The position numbers were made by a program, and so were the translations under genes. Source: a virus (lineage: Duplodnaviria; Caudoviricetes). Taken from it: a stretch of 64,000 nucleotides of DNA. The stretch is from the IMG/VR virus record IMGVR_UViG_3300014205_000170, positions 1-64,000 of that record, one strand, 5' to 3'. Positions 32,649 through 42,824 of the stretch are shown one piece after another. A model generated the notes under the pieces. The model made no database searches. It was not told the origin of the DNA and worked only from the letters and a program-made list of their open reading frames with translations. The stretch's first letter is position 1, and every line of letters starts with the position of its first letter.

Positions 32649-33614
32649 ATGAAAATCATTTTATTTCAAAAACACATACATGCTACTAACAGCTCTTATG
32701 CTAGTGGTGATGCTTGGCTTTCAGTGGAAACCACAGAAGATAAGCTGGATTTTAAAATTTCAGAAGGACGTAGAATTCTTTCTGAAAAATTTCCGATGAT
32801 TAATAATGAGATGGTTGAAAGTTTAGAAGGAGATGAATTGTTTTTATGTGTGTCTCTTCAATCAGATAAAACATTTTATCATAAATCAGCAGGATTTGGT
32901 CGGGATAATTTTAGTAAGACACCTGAATTTCAAGAACTTGTTCAATCTTACATGAAGAAAGGTTTTAAGCCAAAAGATTCAACAACATCATTAAATGAAT
33001 ACCTAGAACGCTACAAGACAAGAGAACGAGACAGAAAACAAGCTGAAGGTATTGTTTTATGGATGGATTATGATGAATACAAAACTAAGCCGGAGTTATA
33101 TCAAGGTGGATTTTCTACTATGGTGTTTAAATCTAAAGAATTAAAAAGATACGTTGAGAGTGGTGGCGCATTTGGCTGGATTGGAGACAGCAGTGTAAGA
33201 AAGAAATGGCATGACGAACTTATTGAGGCAGGTTTACATGAACGTGGTGTACCACCAAGCATAATGTATAATTGGATTTCTTCCGGAGACGGAAGACATT
33301 TTGCAGATAGTTTGGAGGGTCTTTCAGATGAAGAACAAAAAGAAAAAATTGAGGGTCATTTAAACTATATGTTTAACTTGTGTTTTATTTATGGTTGTCC
33401 AGCTCATGAAGGCACTTATTCTTCAACGGTAAAAATCTCAGAGAAATATTCAAAAGACGGCATACTTCTCCCTACGGATAAACCTTTTAATAAAAAAGCT
33501 CATACAAAAAAGTTATTGGCCTTATATGAAAAATTATCTCAACAAGATTCATTAGATAAAGATGAAAAATATGTTTTTGAATTTGCTAAGGAAGTTTTTT
33601 TAAATCAAGTGTAA
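32649..33614 (+). CDS. Hypothetical protein
   Basis: 321 aa; stop inside the next promoter. Confidence 0.8.
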   Translation: MKIILFQKHIHATNSSYASGDAWLSVETTEDKLDFKISEGRRILSEKFPMINNEMVESLEGDELFLCVSLQSDKTFYHKSAGFGRDNFSKTPEFQELVQSYMKKGFKPKDSTTSLNEYLERYKTRERDRKQAEGIVLWMDYDEYKTKPELYQGGFSTMVFKSKELKRYVESGGAFGWIGDSSVRKKWHDELIEAGLHERGVPPSIMYNWISSGDGRHFADSLEGLSDEEQKEKIEGHLNYMFNLCFIYGCPAHEGTYSSTVKISEKYSKDGILLPTDKPFNKKAHTKKLLALYEKLSQQDSLDKDEKYVFEFAKEVFLNQV

Positions 33615-33665
33615 CAGTTCTCCCTTTTAATTCGTATAGTACATTAAATCAATAAATATAAAACC

Positions 33666-34292
33666 ATGAGTACAAGAGGAGCAGTATTAATCGCGCAAAA
33701 AGGTAAAATCAAAGGATTTTACAATCATTCAGATTCGTATCCAGGTGGACTTGGAGAACACATCATTAAAGCATTAAAAAACATTGAAAAGAGCAAAGGT
33801 GGTTGGGAACAGTTTAAAGAAAATTGCCTTAAAGTTAAATTGGTAAGAGAGGATGCTAAGCCATCAAAAGAATTACAAGAGCGCTATGTAGGCTATTCTG
33901 ATACCGGTGTAAGTACTGGTACATTAGAAGAATGGTATTGCCTCTTACGTAATCTACAAGGTGTACAATATCTCAAAGAGATACATAAAGGAAAGGTTGA
34001 ACATATGGTAGATTCAAGTAGCTTTCCTAAAGATTCTTTATTCTGTGAGTATGCTTATGTGATTGACCTTGATAAAATGGTTTTAGAATTTTACAAAGGC
34101 TTTCAAGAAGTTCCTCAAAAAGGAAACAGATTTGGCGTAAAACCAGATAAATCCGAACACAGAACAACGGTATATTATCCTTGTGCCAAAGTTGGAGAGA
34201 TACATTTAATAGGTATTTCAACAGACAGAAAGACTATTAAAACAATGCGAGAGCTTTATGCAAAGGTTGAAGAAGAAGAGGTAGAAAATTAA
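33666..34292 (+). CDS. Conserved phage hypothetical protein
   Basis: MSTRG, YNHSDSYPGGLG, DSLFCEYAYVIDLD. Confidence 0.8.
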   Translation: MSTRGAVLIAQKGKIKGFYNHSDSYPGGLGEHIIKALKNIEKSKGGWEQFKENCLKVKLVREDAKPSKELQERYVGYSDTGVSTGTLEEWYCLLRNLQGVQYLKEIHKGKVEHMVDSSSFPKDSLFCEYAYVIDLDKMVLEFYKGFQEVPQKGNRFGVKPDKSEHRTTVYYPCAKVGEIHLIGISTDRKTIKTMRELYAKVEEEEVEN

Positions 34293-34479
34293 TACATCAC
34301 TCTAGACATTTAAAATCCAGATATCAAAACATCTGGATTTTTTTTATTCGCAAAAGTTACTCACACTTCTTGGAATTGAGAAAATAATCTCTACCTTGCA
34401 CTAATTCTTACCAAAAGTGTAACAGGTTACAATGGTTTTACGTATAGTACATAAAGAAGAAGAGCAAGAATCATACTGT

Positions 34480-35484
34480 ATGAATAAAGACGATAATAAT
34501 CAAAACCTATATAGACAGTTTCCAAACTGGCTTGAATGGGCTACACATACAGATAAATTCAAATTCTTTGAAAAAAAATATGACAGCTATGACTTCTTAA
34601 TGGAATATGCTGATGTATTCAATATCTATCCGGCCAGAACAGAACAGCCAAATCCTTTCTCTCCTAAAGTAATGTACATCATCGACACCTTAAATAAGTT
34701 CGATGTAAAATACACAGTAGACATATTTGGATATGATGGATATAAAGTATTCTGGTCTAACACTGCTGATAGTCACAAGCTCGTTAACATCATAGTTGAA
34801 CCGAATCCAAACGCAACAGGACCAGCTATCGTATTCTGTGCACACCATGACGTAGCAAATCCTCGTTCGAACAATTGCCAAGATAATGGTGCTAGTGTTT
34901 GTAATTTACTTAAACTCACCAATTTAATAAAAGAATCTAAAGAAAACCTTCAACGTACAATTATTCTTTTCTCTGACTGTGAAGAGTCAGGTGCAAAAGG
35001 TGCTGGAAAATTCGCAAAGGATTCTACCAAAACAGATAATCCAAATATTATCAAACATAATAAGTTTGGTGAAATATCAGGAGTTGTAAATCTTGAATTA
35101 ACCGGCCTAGGAGACGTTATATGGACAGATTGCCATAATAATGAACAAGACATCACCTTACATCAAAAACTCGAAGCAACAAAGAAAGAAAAGCTTATTA
35201 AGCTGAGTACTCCTCCGAGCGATGTTATTGCTTTTAGAACAAGCAAGTTTCCGGCATTATGTATTGGAATTCTCCCTAAAGAAGATTTAAAAGACCGCAA
35301 AACTTGGAGACTATGTCATTCAATGGAAGACACCATTGAAAAATGTAACCGTAAAAACATGGAGGATTTTACCAACTTCCTTCTTGATTTGACCAAAATC
35401 GAAACCACAGAAAACCAAAATACCAACAAGGAACATGATACTGATAACGGAGCAAACAAAACCGCCGGGACTATGCAAACTTAA
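34480..35484 (+). CDS. M28 family Zn metallopeptidase
   Basis: AHHD, QDNGAS, DCEE, NLELT, CHSMED; paralog of 1856. Confidence 0.8.
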   Translation: MNKDDNNQNLYRQFPNWLEWATHTDKFKFFEKKYDSYDFLMEYADVFNIYPARTEQPNPFSPKVMYIIDTLNKFDVKYTVDIFGYDGYKVFWSNTADSHKLVNIIVEPNPNATGPAIVFCAHHDVANPRSNNCQDNGASVCNLLKLTNLIKESKENLQRTIILFSDCEESGAKGAGKFAKDSTKTDNPNIIKHNKFGEISGVVNLELTGLGDVIWTDCHNNEQDITLHQKLEATKKEKLIKLSTPPSDVIAFRTSKFPALCIGILPKEDLKDRKTWRLCHSMEDTIEKCNRKNMEDFTNFLLDLTKIETTENQNTNKEHDTDNGANKTAGTMQT

Positions 35485-36319
35485 AGGATGTAACAACAAA
35501 GTAAAAAATAGCAAACGAGTATTCTGCTCAAGAGATTGTTGTAAAAAACATAAGGGAGAAAAAATACCCAAGTGTTCGAATCCAAGCTGCATTAAAAAAG
35601 TAAAAAGAGGACGAAATTTATATTGTTCTTGGACTTGCTATAAAGAACACAACGACGTTCATGCACATGAAAACTGTCAGAGACAGGGTTGTGAATCAAA
35701 ATTAATATCGCGTAAAAGCACACGGAAATACTGTTCTCAGAAGTGTTACCGGTTGGACCATCCAAATAGGCCAACAAGAAAAAAAATCCGCACCTGCACT
35801 CTCCCTGGATGTAATAAACAAATACGTCGTCGAGGTAATGGACGAAAATTCTGTTCAGTCGATTGTTCAGTAAAAGCCAGGAAGAAACTTAAATCAATAC
35901 TTTGCCCAACCTGTGATAACCAATTCTCCCCCAAGCGTTTTCGCCAGATATATTGCTCAGCAAAATGCAGAAAAGAAAATAAAGAATTTTGTCTTAAAAC
36001 GACCACTTTTGGTAACGTAAGAAGGTTCGTAAAGGTTAATAAAAAATGGAAGTTGGCTGCACTTGTTACATGGGAAACACACCATGGTGATGTTCCGCAA
36101 GGAAAGTCAATTTGGTTTAAAGATAATGAGTCATTTAATGATTTGGAAATCAGTAATTTATATCTGATAGAACACAAAGAATTTATCGCTCTTTCTAAGA
36201 AAAATTCACACAACCAGCTAGAAGAAGATGAAAATACATCAACTTACTCTCAAAGGATTGTTGAACCGGACCAAAATAATAAAGAAAAGTTCTTTGACCA
36301 CAAGCAAGAATTTTTCTAG
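35435..36319 (+). CDS. Tandem Zn-finger (C..C..[FY]CS..C) protein with degenerate HNH-like domain
   Basis: Five [FY]CSxxC repeats; WETHHGDVPQG..FKD...N..ISNL. Confidence 0.65.
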   Translation: MILITEQTKPPGLCKLKGCNNKVKNSKRVFCSRDCCKKHKGEKIPKCSNPSCIKKVKRGRNLYCSWTCYKEHNDVHAHENCQRQGCESKLISRKSTRKYCSQKCYRLDHPNRPTRKKIRTCTLPGCNKQIRRRGNGRKFCSVDCSVKARKKLKSILCPTCDNQFSPKRFRQIYCSAKCRKENKEFCLKTTTFGNVRRFVKVNKKWKLAALVTWETHHGDVPQGKSIWFKDNESFNDLEISNLYLIEHKEFIALSKKNSHNQLEEDENTSTYSQRIVEPDQNNKEKFFDHKQEFF

Positions 36320-36619
36320 AAAATGTAACAATTCTTATTAAAATTTCGTATAGTATATTATAGGCTTACACTTATGAACACATACTTTATTGCCATTTTC
36401 AGTCATTATGATGCAGTTAACAAATTACATGTTATAATTGCAAAAAATCATGTTGATGCGGCAAAACAAGCGATTCTACTTAACACAGCAGAACAACATA
36501 GGACTGATACCTATAAAGAGTGGATAGATAAACTCGGAGACTCTGTTGGAGACATAACAAAGAACGCAGCATTAAGTGGTTTGGTTATAAGTGAAGCATT
36601 AGTAATTGAACCGTAACTT

Positions 36620-37120
36620 ATGGAAGGAAAAGATTTTTATTTTCAAATGGTGAATGAAGCATCAGGAACTATTTTTTATATTACACCAAAAAAGTACTAT
36701 GATACCGAAGGTTGTTTATCTGATGAATCTGGAGTAGCTAATGCAATTGTACCGAAAGGATTTTACGAACTACAAGAATCAACCTATCAATTTGAAGGCA
36801 GTTCTGATACCGGTAAAAGCCTTCTTGTATCACTTGAAATGATTGAGATTGATTTTGGTCTTCATACACCAGCCACACCAATGAATGGTAATCAAAATAA
36901 TGACATTGAAGAAGAATATACAGAAGAACATGAATATGATGACCTGGATACACTTCTTGAAGATAAACTTCCCGGTGATGAAATTGACCCGTTAGATTAT
37001 AAGAACACTTCAACGGCAAAACTTTTACGACATATCAAAATGATGTTACGTACTGAAAGTTTTGAGGAAGCAGAAAAAATAAAAACAGAGTTACACAGCA
37101 GAGGTGTAACAGAATTTTAA
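36620..37120 (+). CDS. Acidic hypothetical protein with UVR-like C-terminus
   Basis: ESFEEAEKIKTEL. Confidence 0.6.
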   Translation: MEGKDFYFQMVNEASGTIFYITPKKYYDTEGCLSDESGVANAIVPKGFYELQESTYQFEGSSDTGKSLLVSLEMIEIDFGLHTPATPMNGNQNNDIEEEYTEEHEYDDLDTLLEDKLPGDEIDPLDYKNTSTAKLLRHIKMMLRTESFEEAEKIKTELHSRGVTEF

Positions 37121-37374
37121 AAAACAAAAACATGTCAAAAAACAAATTAGAATTAGCATTCAAACAAATGCTATCAAAGAAAAAAGTAGGTCTATCGAAA
37201 AAAGGTGTTCTAGTATTAGAAGCATCCAAAAAAGGAATTTCTAAAACCAAACCTACCATCATTTCAATTCACGCAAACGATAAAGTTGATTTATCATTTG
37301 ATGAAAAAAAAGGATTTAATATTTTCCACGGAGTATCTGTGGATTGTTTGAAATTAAAATAATTACAACACAAA

Positions 37375-37490
37375 ACCGACCCAATAAGAGGTGGATGGCG
37401 TAAAGTGAACCTTGTAACAACGGTGACCAAACCAGAGTTATAAGGGAAAACGGTGAAAGCTGAGGCGGGTGCTACCTTGAGTGCAAAATG
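37375..37490 (+). ncRNA. Candidate structured RNA upstream of tRNA-like gene
   Basis: CCTTGTAAC/GTTATAAGG stem, CGGT-GAAA-GCTG hairpin, GC above background. Confidence 0.4.
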
Positions 37491-37496
37491 TAATAC

Positions 37497-37585
37497 GGAG
37501 ATTTAGCTCAGTGGGTAGAGCGGCTTCATCAGGGATACGAAAGTTGACCGGGGGTGCGTCGGTGGTTCGAATCCATCAGTCTCTA
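37497..37585 (+). ncRNA. tRNA-like RNA with anticodon loop replaced by an extended arm
   Basis: GGAGATT/AGTCTCT acceptor, GCTC/GAGC D arm, GGTGG-TTCGAAT-CCATC T arm, about 23-nt insert with AC-GAAA-GT. Confidence 0.7.
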
Positions 37586-37639
37586 CAAAAGTGTAACACC
37601 TTTCTTTTTTAATTCGTATAGTACCTAAAAATATAACAC

Positions 37640-38176
37640 ATGGGAAAAGAATATTTGGTACAACCAGCACTTTATGCTGAAAGACTCGCAGACTACAAAA
37701 AAGGAGAATCCATTAACAATAAATGGAAACCTATTTCACAGAAAGTAGCATATAAAGGATCTACTAATGGATTTTGCGGCAATATCGCGATGAATCTTGG
37801 AGTAAATTCCAAAACAAAAAAAATCAAATTTTTTACAAATTTGGATTTCGGGAAAGGATATGCTCATTTGTATGAGACTATCTCAGCAGCTCTTCTTTTA
37901 TATCGTCTCATTTGTTTAATAAAACAACCTATTGTAACTTCTGAAGGTGCAGAAGGTTATAAAGTGCCTTGGGTAATATTTTTAAAACATTTTGAAACTG
38001 GAGAAATACTTGGTATAAGCGAATGGAAAGGAGCAGTTACTTTGAAATCAAGATTTCATTCTGTTAAAGAATTACCGGAGTCTTACAAAAAAGACATGAC
38101 CGAATTACTCAATTTGGTTTTTAGTAATAAGTCTCCACATCCTTACGATGACACAACAGCAGGTTCAGTAGCATAA
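37640..38176 (+). CDS. Hypothetical protein
   Basis: Between class I promoters. Confidence 0.75.
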   Translation: MGKEYLVQPALYAERLADYKKGESINNKWKPISQKVAYKGSTNGFCGNIAMNLGVNSKTKKIKFFTNLDFGKGYAHLYETISAALLLYRLICLIKQPIVTSEGAEGYKVPWVIFLKHFETGEILGISEWKGAVTLKSRFHSVKELPESYKKDMTELLNLVFSNKSPHPYDDTTAGSVA

Positions 38177-38455
38177 CCGTAACACCTTTCATATTTAATT
38201 CGTATAGTACAATATGGGAAAGACAACTAAAAAATACAAAGGCAAAACCTATAAGGCTAAAGACCGAAAGAAGACCAAAGAAAAGAAATACTTTGGACAA
38301 ACAGATGGAGCACACTCAAGAAGTGAAAATCCTCAGCCAAAAAAAGGTGAAGATTTTATAAAATACGGTTGGCCTCTTGAACTTCGTAAAGGTAAAGTTC
38401 TAAAGAATCTTCAAAAGGAACGCGACGCTGATAAACAAATTAAAGAAGCAAAGTA

Positions 38456-38878
38456 ATGTCAAAACCTATTTTTCATGCAGAGTCAAGCGCTCGTAGATTC
38501 GGTGGTAAAGCCGAAGACTACATGGACATCCACAACTTAATGGATAGTTCAAAAGGCGCAATCGCTGATAATAGACACAGGGCTTTGACACATAACTCTT
38601 GGTTCATCAGTACTATTATAGAAAAGGTGTTTGGATTTTACATCATCAACTCAGCCGGTAACAAAGTATCTACCCGCGATGTGGCCGAGCAGCATGTATT
38701 AGAAGACTTTGGAGGACAGTACATCCCAACAGCTCAGGATTATCTTCAGGAGATTGAGATTCAACCCTGGATGAGCAATGGAATAGGAGAGAAACCGTCA
38801 TCAGCAAAGAAATTAAAAGGAGTTAAAGCATTACAAACAACAAAAATATCACGTTCTCTAATTCATATATCAGACTAA
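38456..38878 (+). CDS. DUF6915-like protein
   Basis: HAESSARRFGG, DSSK, RHRALTH, AEQHVLED. Confidence 0.7.
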   Translation: MSKPIFHAESSARRFGGKAEDYMDIHNLMDSSKGAIADNRHRALTHNSWFISTIIEKVFGFYIINSAGNKVSTRDVAEQHVLEDFGGQYIPTAQDYLQEIEIQPWMSNGIGEKPSSAKKLKGVKALQTTKISRSLIHISD

Positions 38879-38885
38879 TAACACC

Positions 38886-39344
38886 ATGGCAAAGAAAGTA
38901 GCAAAAAAGAAACCGGTAAAGAAAACAACCAAGAAGGCAGCTCCAGCTCCAGAAACAATATTCGTGATTGTAGAAGGTAAATTTGAATATGATGATGAAG
39001 GTGGATATGATAAAAAAGACTCCGTGCAAATTAATGGATATAAGAAAAGAGAAAAAGCAGAAGAAGTTTGTGCAGCAAAGAATATTAAATGGTTAAGAGA
39101 AAATAATGTCCGTTCATATGCTTATAATTTAAAGTATGATGATAAAGGAAAAACTTTTTATAACCTAAAGTGGACAGTTGAAGATATAGCAAAGGGCACA
39201 ATTAAAGGAAATGAGGAAGACCGGTATTCTGAGGTTATAATTAAGCTTCCAGATAACACAAAATTTTCACATGTCCTTGAAGTGTTTAAAGCAATGGGAA
39301 TGGAACCATACTTTCAAGTTCAGGAACTAGAAATGGTGGATTGA
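38886..39344 (+). CDS. Hypothetical protein with histone-H1-like N-terminal tail
   Basis: MAKKVAKKKPVKKTTKKAAPAP. Confidence 0.7.
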   Translation: MAKKVAKKKPVKKTTKKAAPAPETIFVIVEGKFEYDDEGGYDKKDSVQINGYKKREKAEEVCAAKNIKWLRENNVRSYAYNLKYDDKGKTFYNLKWTVEDIAKGTIKGNEEDRYSEVIIKLPDNTKFSHVLEVFKAMGMEPYFQVQELEMVD

Positions 39345-39865
39345 GAAAAATTTTCAACAAAGTGTAACAAATTGATACTGGTTCCGTTAAAAAAATCGGA
39401 ACATGTATTTAATAGGAGCAATATTAATCGTGGCGTGTATTCTTATATACTTCGCCATCAAACTAGCCTTCAAGTTTAATAGACTAAAAAAGGCCAGGGA
39501 GCGCTACAACGGCGTTCATCTTGGGGAGATGACACATCATGATTTACCAAAAAACATCTCTGGTAAATACACTGGTTATTACCAAGATAAAAGAAAACAA
39601 TTAAAGGGAAAAAGTACTTATGGAAAAGAAGAAAAAAGAACTTGATGTTAAGAAATTAAAAACTGACATCCGTAACGCTGAACTGTATTTTACAAAAACC
39701 GGCGAAGACGCAAAAAATGCTTATAAAGCCTTAGAAGAAGAAATCACCGAGAATGATGTGGTGACCCAGACGATTTTCTTATACATCCCAGGTACCATTA
39801 AAGATATCTACGAAATATTTAAAAACTAAAAAAGTATCCGGATTACATTTATAGAAAAGTCTCCC

Positions 39866-40378
39866 TTAAGAAAGGAGACTTTTTCTTTGTGTATGTTTTT
39901 CTATTAATGTTAGTCTGACAGAGCGTCCGGTAACAATACTCATATTAGTAATCTCTTCCTGCGAATCTATTTGATGCATACGTAGACCATATAGCCCTTT
40001 AGAAACGTCAGGAACAAATCCTGTCCAAATAATATATTGTATCGGCTCGTCATAAAAGAAACAAAACTTTAACATGATTACACAAGTATCGCCACACATT
40101 CGCAAATGACATCCACCAATATAAGATAACGATTTTATATCTTCTTTTATAAGATATTCTTTTTCAAAATCTTCATGATTGTCATTTGTTTTATAATTAA
40201 CCAATTCTTTGTGTTGTGAAATTTTAAGTACCTTATATAACAAATGTTCAAAGACCGGCATCTCTTTATTTAATTCAACTACATTAAGAGGTTTAAATAA
40301 TCTAAAATCATGCTTATGTTTCGTATTAGATTTAAATCTTTCAAAGATTCGCCTTATGAAATTAAAGTATTGATACAC
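39866..40378 (-). CDS. Hypothetical protein with C-terminal EK motif
   Basis: RLTLIEK; TATCTTTG box upstream (40383-40390, -). Confidence 0.65.
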   Translation of the reverse strand: MYQYFNFIRRIFERFKSNTKHKHDFRLFKPLNVVELNKEMPVFEHLLYKVLKISQHKELVNYKTNDNHEDFEKEYLIKEDIKSLSYIGGCHLRMCGDTCVIMLKFCFFYDEPIQYIIWTGFVPDVSKGLYGLRMHQIDSQEEITNMSIVTGRSVRLTLIEKHTQRKSLLS

Positions 40379-40454
40379 ACTTCAAAGATATGAAAAACCC
40401 ACCAAAGATTTCTCTAAGATGGGTTTAAGTACACGGCCAAGAATATTTTAAAGC

Positions 40455-40548
40455 AAAAGGCCCACCGAAGTAAGTAGGGTCTGGAACACGAATCGTAGGA
40501 GCAAACAAACAATGCGGGAAACCCTGGTATACTATCTAGTGAGCCTTT
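40455..40548 (-). ncRNA. Candidate sRNA or 3' UTR structure complementary to the sigma gene leader
   Basis: AAAGGCTCAC/GTGGGCCTTT and AGGGTTT/AGACCCT stems (G-U pairs favour - strand) enclosing ATTGTTTGTTTGCTC. Confidence 0.5.
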
Positions 40549-40659
40549 CTATTATCTTTAACGAAAAACCTCAACCCAAAGTTACTGAGTTGAGGTGATT
40601 ATTTAAGTGAGTTTGTCTAACCAGTTGATATTCAAAAGAATAAAATTGTTAAGAACTTA

Positions 40660-41706
40660 TTATCCCTGCACGCAAACTAGCAAACCTTTGTGTTCTTCCA
40701 GATATGCTTTCATTTTCTTCTTTGCGCGATAAAGGTTTCCTTTCACAGTGCCTTCCGGAACGTTCAACGTTGCAGCAATGTCTTCATATGATTTATCTTC
40801 AATAAAACGCATTACAATCAAACGACGGCTGTTCTTATCAAGTCTAAGCAATGCTTTGTTTAAAGCAACAGTCTTATCGTTCTGTAAGATGATTTCTTCA
40901 CCATTCAACGAGTCTTCATCGCGAATAGATAGTTGAATTCCATTACCCTGGCCATTTAATAATTGTTGCCCATTATCAGATGTCAGATTACGGTCAATAG
41001 AAATCGTATTAAGTTTTCTTTTTCGAAGGTAATCAATAAAGAAGTTCTTCGCAATTTTTGTAATCCAACTGTTGAACGTATACGTTGGCTTGTATTCACC
41101 AATCTTTTCATATACTTTAATGAACAAGTCAGCTGTAAGGTCATCTGCTGCATCATCGTTAAACTGAAGATTCTTTGCATACATACGGTTAATAACCGGA
41201 TAGTAACGCTTATAAATTACAGCGAAAGCATTTATCTCACCGGCCATTATAGATTTAACTGCCTGGATGTCTTTTAAATCTTCACCAACGAACTTATCAC
41301 TATTACATGCATTCTCAATAGTTGCCAAAGATTCCTTGTTGAATTGTACAATCGTCTTAAGAGGTTTGATTGTTTCTACAACCACCGGTGTAGACATGTT
41401 TTTAATTTCTTCCGGATTCACAATTAATTTGCCACAACGGAATTCAATTTCACCAAACAATTCTTTAAGTTTTGTTTTATTACAATAAGCTCGTAATGTA
41501 GAATTAATAGAGAATTCTCTCGAATCAAGAATGTTAACCATTCTAATAGAAACATGTTTGTTTCCAGTATCCGATGGATAAATCCATTCGTTACCTTTGA
41601 TTTTTGCTTTCGTTAATGAAAACACACGAATAGAAATTTCTTTCTTCGTAGTAATACGACCAACTATCTGATAGAGTGGTGCTGATTTGATTTCTTTAAA
41701 ATTCAT
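40660..41706 (-). CDS. ECF (group 4) RNA polymerase sigma factor with N-terminal extension
   Basis: Sigma2 DLTADLFIKVY..FNSWITKIAKNFFIDYLRK; sigma4 SYEDIAATLNVPEGTVKGNLYRAKK. Confidence 0.92.
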   Translation of the reverse strand: MNFKEIKSAPLYQIVGRITTKKEISIRVFSLTKAKIKGNEWIYPSDTGNKHVSIRMVNILDSREFSINSTLRAYCNKTKLKELFGEIEFRCGKLIVNPEEIKNMSTPVVVETIKPLKTIVQFNKESLATIENACNSDKFVGEDLKDIQAVKSIMAGEINAFAVIYKRYYPVINRMYAKNLQFNDDAADDLTADLFIKVYEKIGEYKPTYTFNSWITKIAKNFFIDYLRKRKLNTISIDRNLTSDNGQQLLNGQGNGIQLSIRDEDSLNGEEIILQNDKTVALNKALLRLDKNSRRLIVMRFIEDKSYEDIAATLNVPEGTVKGNLYRAKKKMKAYLEEHKGLLVCVQG

Positions 41707-42314
41707 GTTCCTTTTTTTTTATATTGTTTGTTTGCTCACTAATTACTTTTTAATATTCGACTTCACCTATTGTAGCGTCATCAATGTCATCTTTTTTATC
41801 AAGATGTTCTTTGATTTCTTTCTTCACTTTAGCGCGACGTATTCCAGATGTATTTTTCTTTTCACCTTTTCCTACATGTGCACCCCATTCACCGTTAAGT
41901 CCGGCATTCTTTTTATTTCCTGGTCTGATTTTTCCCACGTTAGATTTTATTTGCTCCCAGATTTTTACGTAAAATTATACAAAGAGTTGACATTATCTAC
42001 TTTTTTCTGTGTTAAATCTGGTAACTAACTGGGTATCAATTTAATTGTTTTTACAGTTGCCTGCGTGCATTTAATCAACGGGCAAGTTTGTATAAGCAAA
42101 ATGTGTAACCCAATCTTTTGGTGCGCCAGTTACTCCTTCTATTAAGAAACTGTTAGCGAACCCATGAACATAGCGACCGAATCTCATTTGACCATCCTTG
42201 CAAAAAAGCAATAATTTATCACTTGCTCCTTGTATAAATGTCTCCTTTGCAGCTTTTGGAGATGCTGGAGGTAACACCACATTTTTGGTTACTTTAATCC
42301 AGTTAATTAGTTTT

Positions 42315-42779
42315 TTATTCATGGGATTTTACTTTTTCTATTAAAACATGTTTGGTATTTTCTTCAACAAATTTCATCATAAATTTATCTGGTGGTGTAA
42401 TACGTTTTAAACTCTTCGTATATACCTTTCTGTTGTCTACTGTGTATACAATACATCTATAAAATATTGTTGCAAGATTACCATCAATCCAACATCCTTT
42501 TTTTGATACAACTCTTTTCCAAGGACCATATCCATAAGTTGTCCCGCCGTAAGCTAAAACAACTGCTTGAGGAGCTTTAGATGTATCAATATATCTTACT
42601 CTACCATTTGGTGATGTCCTACCGGTATCTTTACAGTCCTTTACGCGAACAATCACAACATAATTCCATTCAACCGGATTGCCTTCATCATTTACATCGG
42701 TAGTTCCATTACCATCACGATAAGTAAACTCTCGTCTACGAGTACCTATTTGTTTTGTTTGTGTTACTCTTCGTATCAT
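42315..42779 (-). CDS. Hypothetical protein, EK motif (paralog of 42825)
   Basis: VLAY..GYGPWK; NTKHVLIEK. Confidence 0.75.
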   Translation of the reverse strand: MIRRVTQTKQIGTRRREFTYRDGNGTTDVNDEGNPVEWNYVVIVRVKDCKDTGRTSPNGRVRYIDTSKAPQAVVLAYGGTTYGYGPWKRVVSKKGCWIDGNLATIFYRCIVYTVDNRKVYTKSLKRITPPDKFMMKFVEENTKHVLIEKVKSHE

Positions 42780-42824
42780 GTGTGTTGTTTCTTAAGGTAC
42801 TATACGAAATAAAAAAGAAAGGTG

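Larger units (their letters stand above)
513..38210 (+). promoter_or_regulatory. Dispersed class I ECF-type promoter family GTAAC-N17-CGTATAGTAC, about 46 copies on + strand
   Basis: -35 element starts at 513,1818,3041,3803,4358,4653,5004,5925,6139,6757,8188,8509,10867,11297,11979,12416,12873,13945,14399,14650,15181,16060,17199,17492,18421,19586,20583,21112,21458,22036,22926,23646,23935,24203,26074,26569,27526,28331,29745,32037,32455,33611,34419,36325,37593,38179 (a few GTAAT/ATAAC variants). Fixed 17-nt spacer, upstream of ORF starts, matches the AAC/CGT signature of ECF promoters. Confidence 0.85.

Noticed and set aside
40499-41737. 15-bp inverted repeat as transposon termini around the sigma gene
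   Set aside because: No transposase or target duplication; kept instead as an RNA-pairing hypothesis
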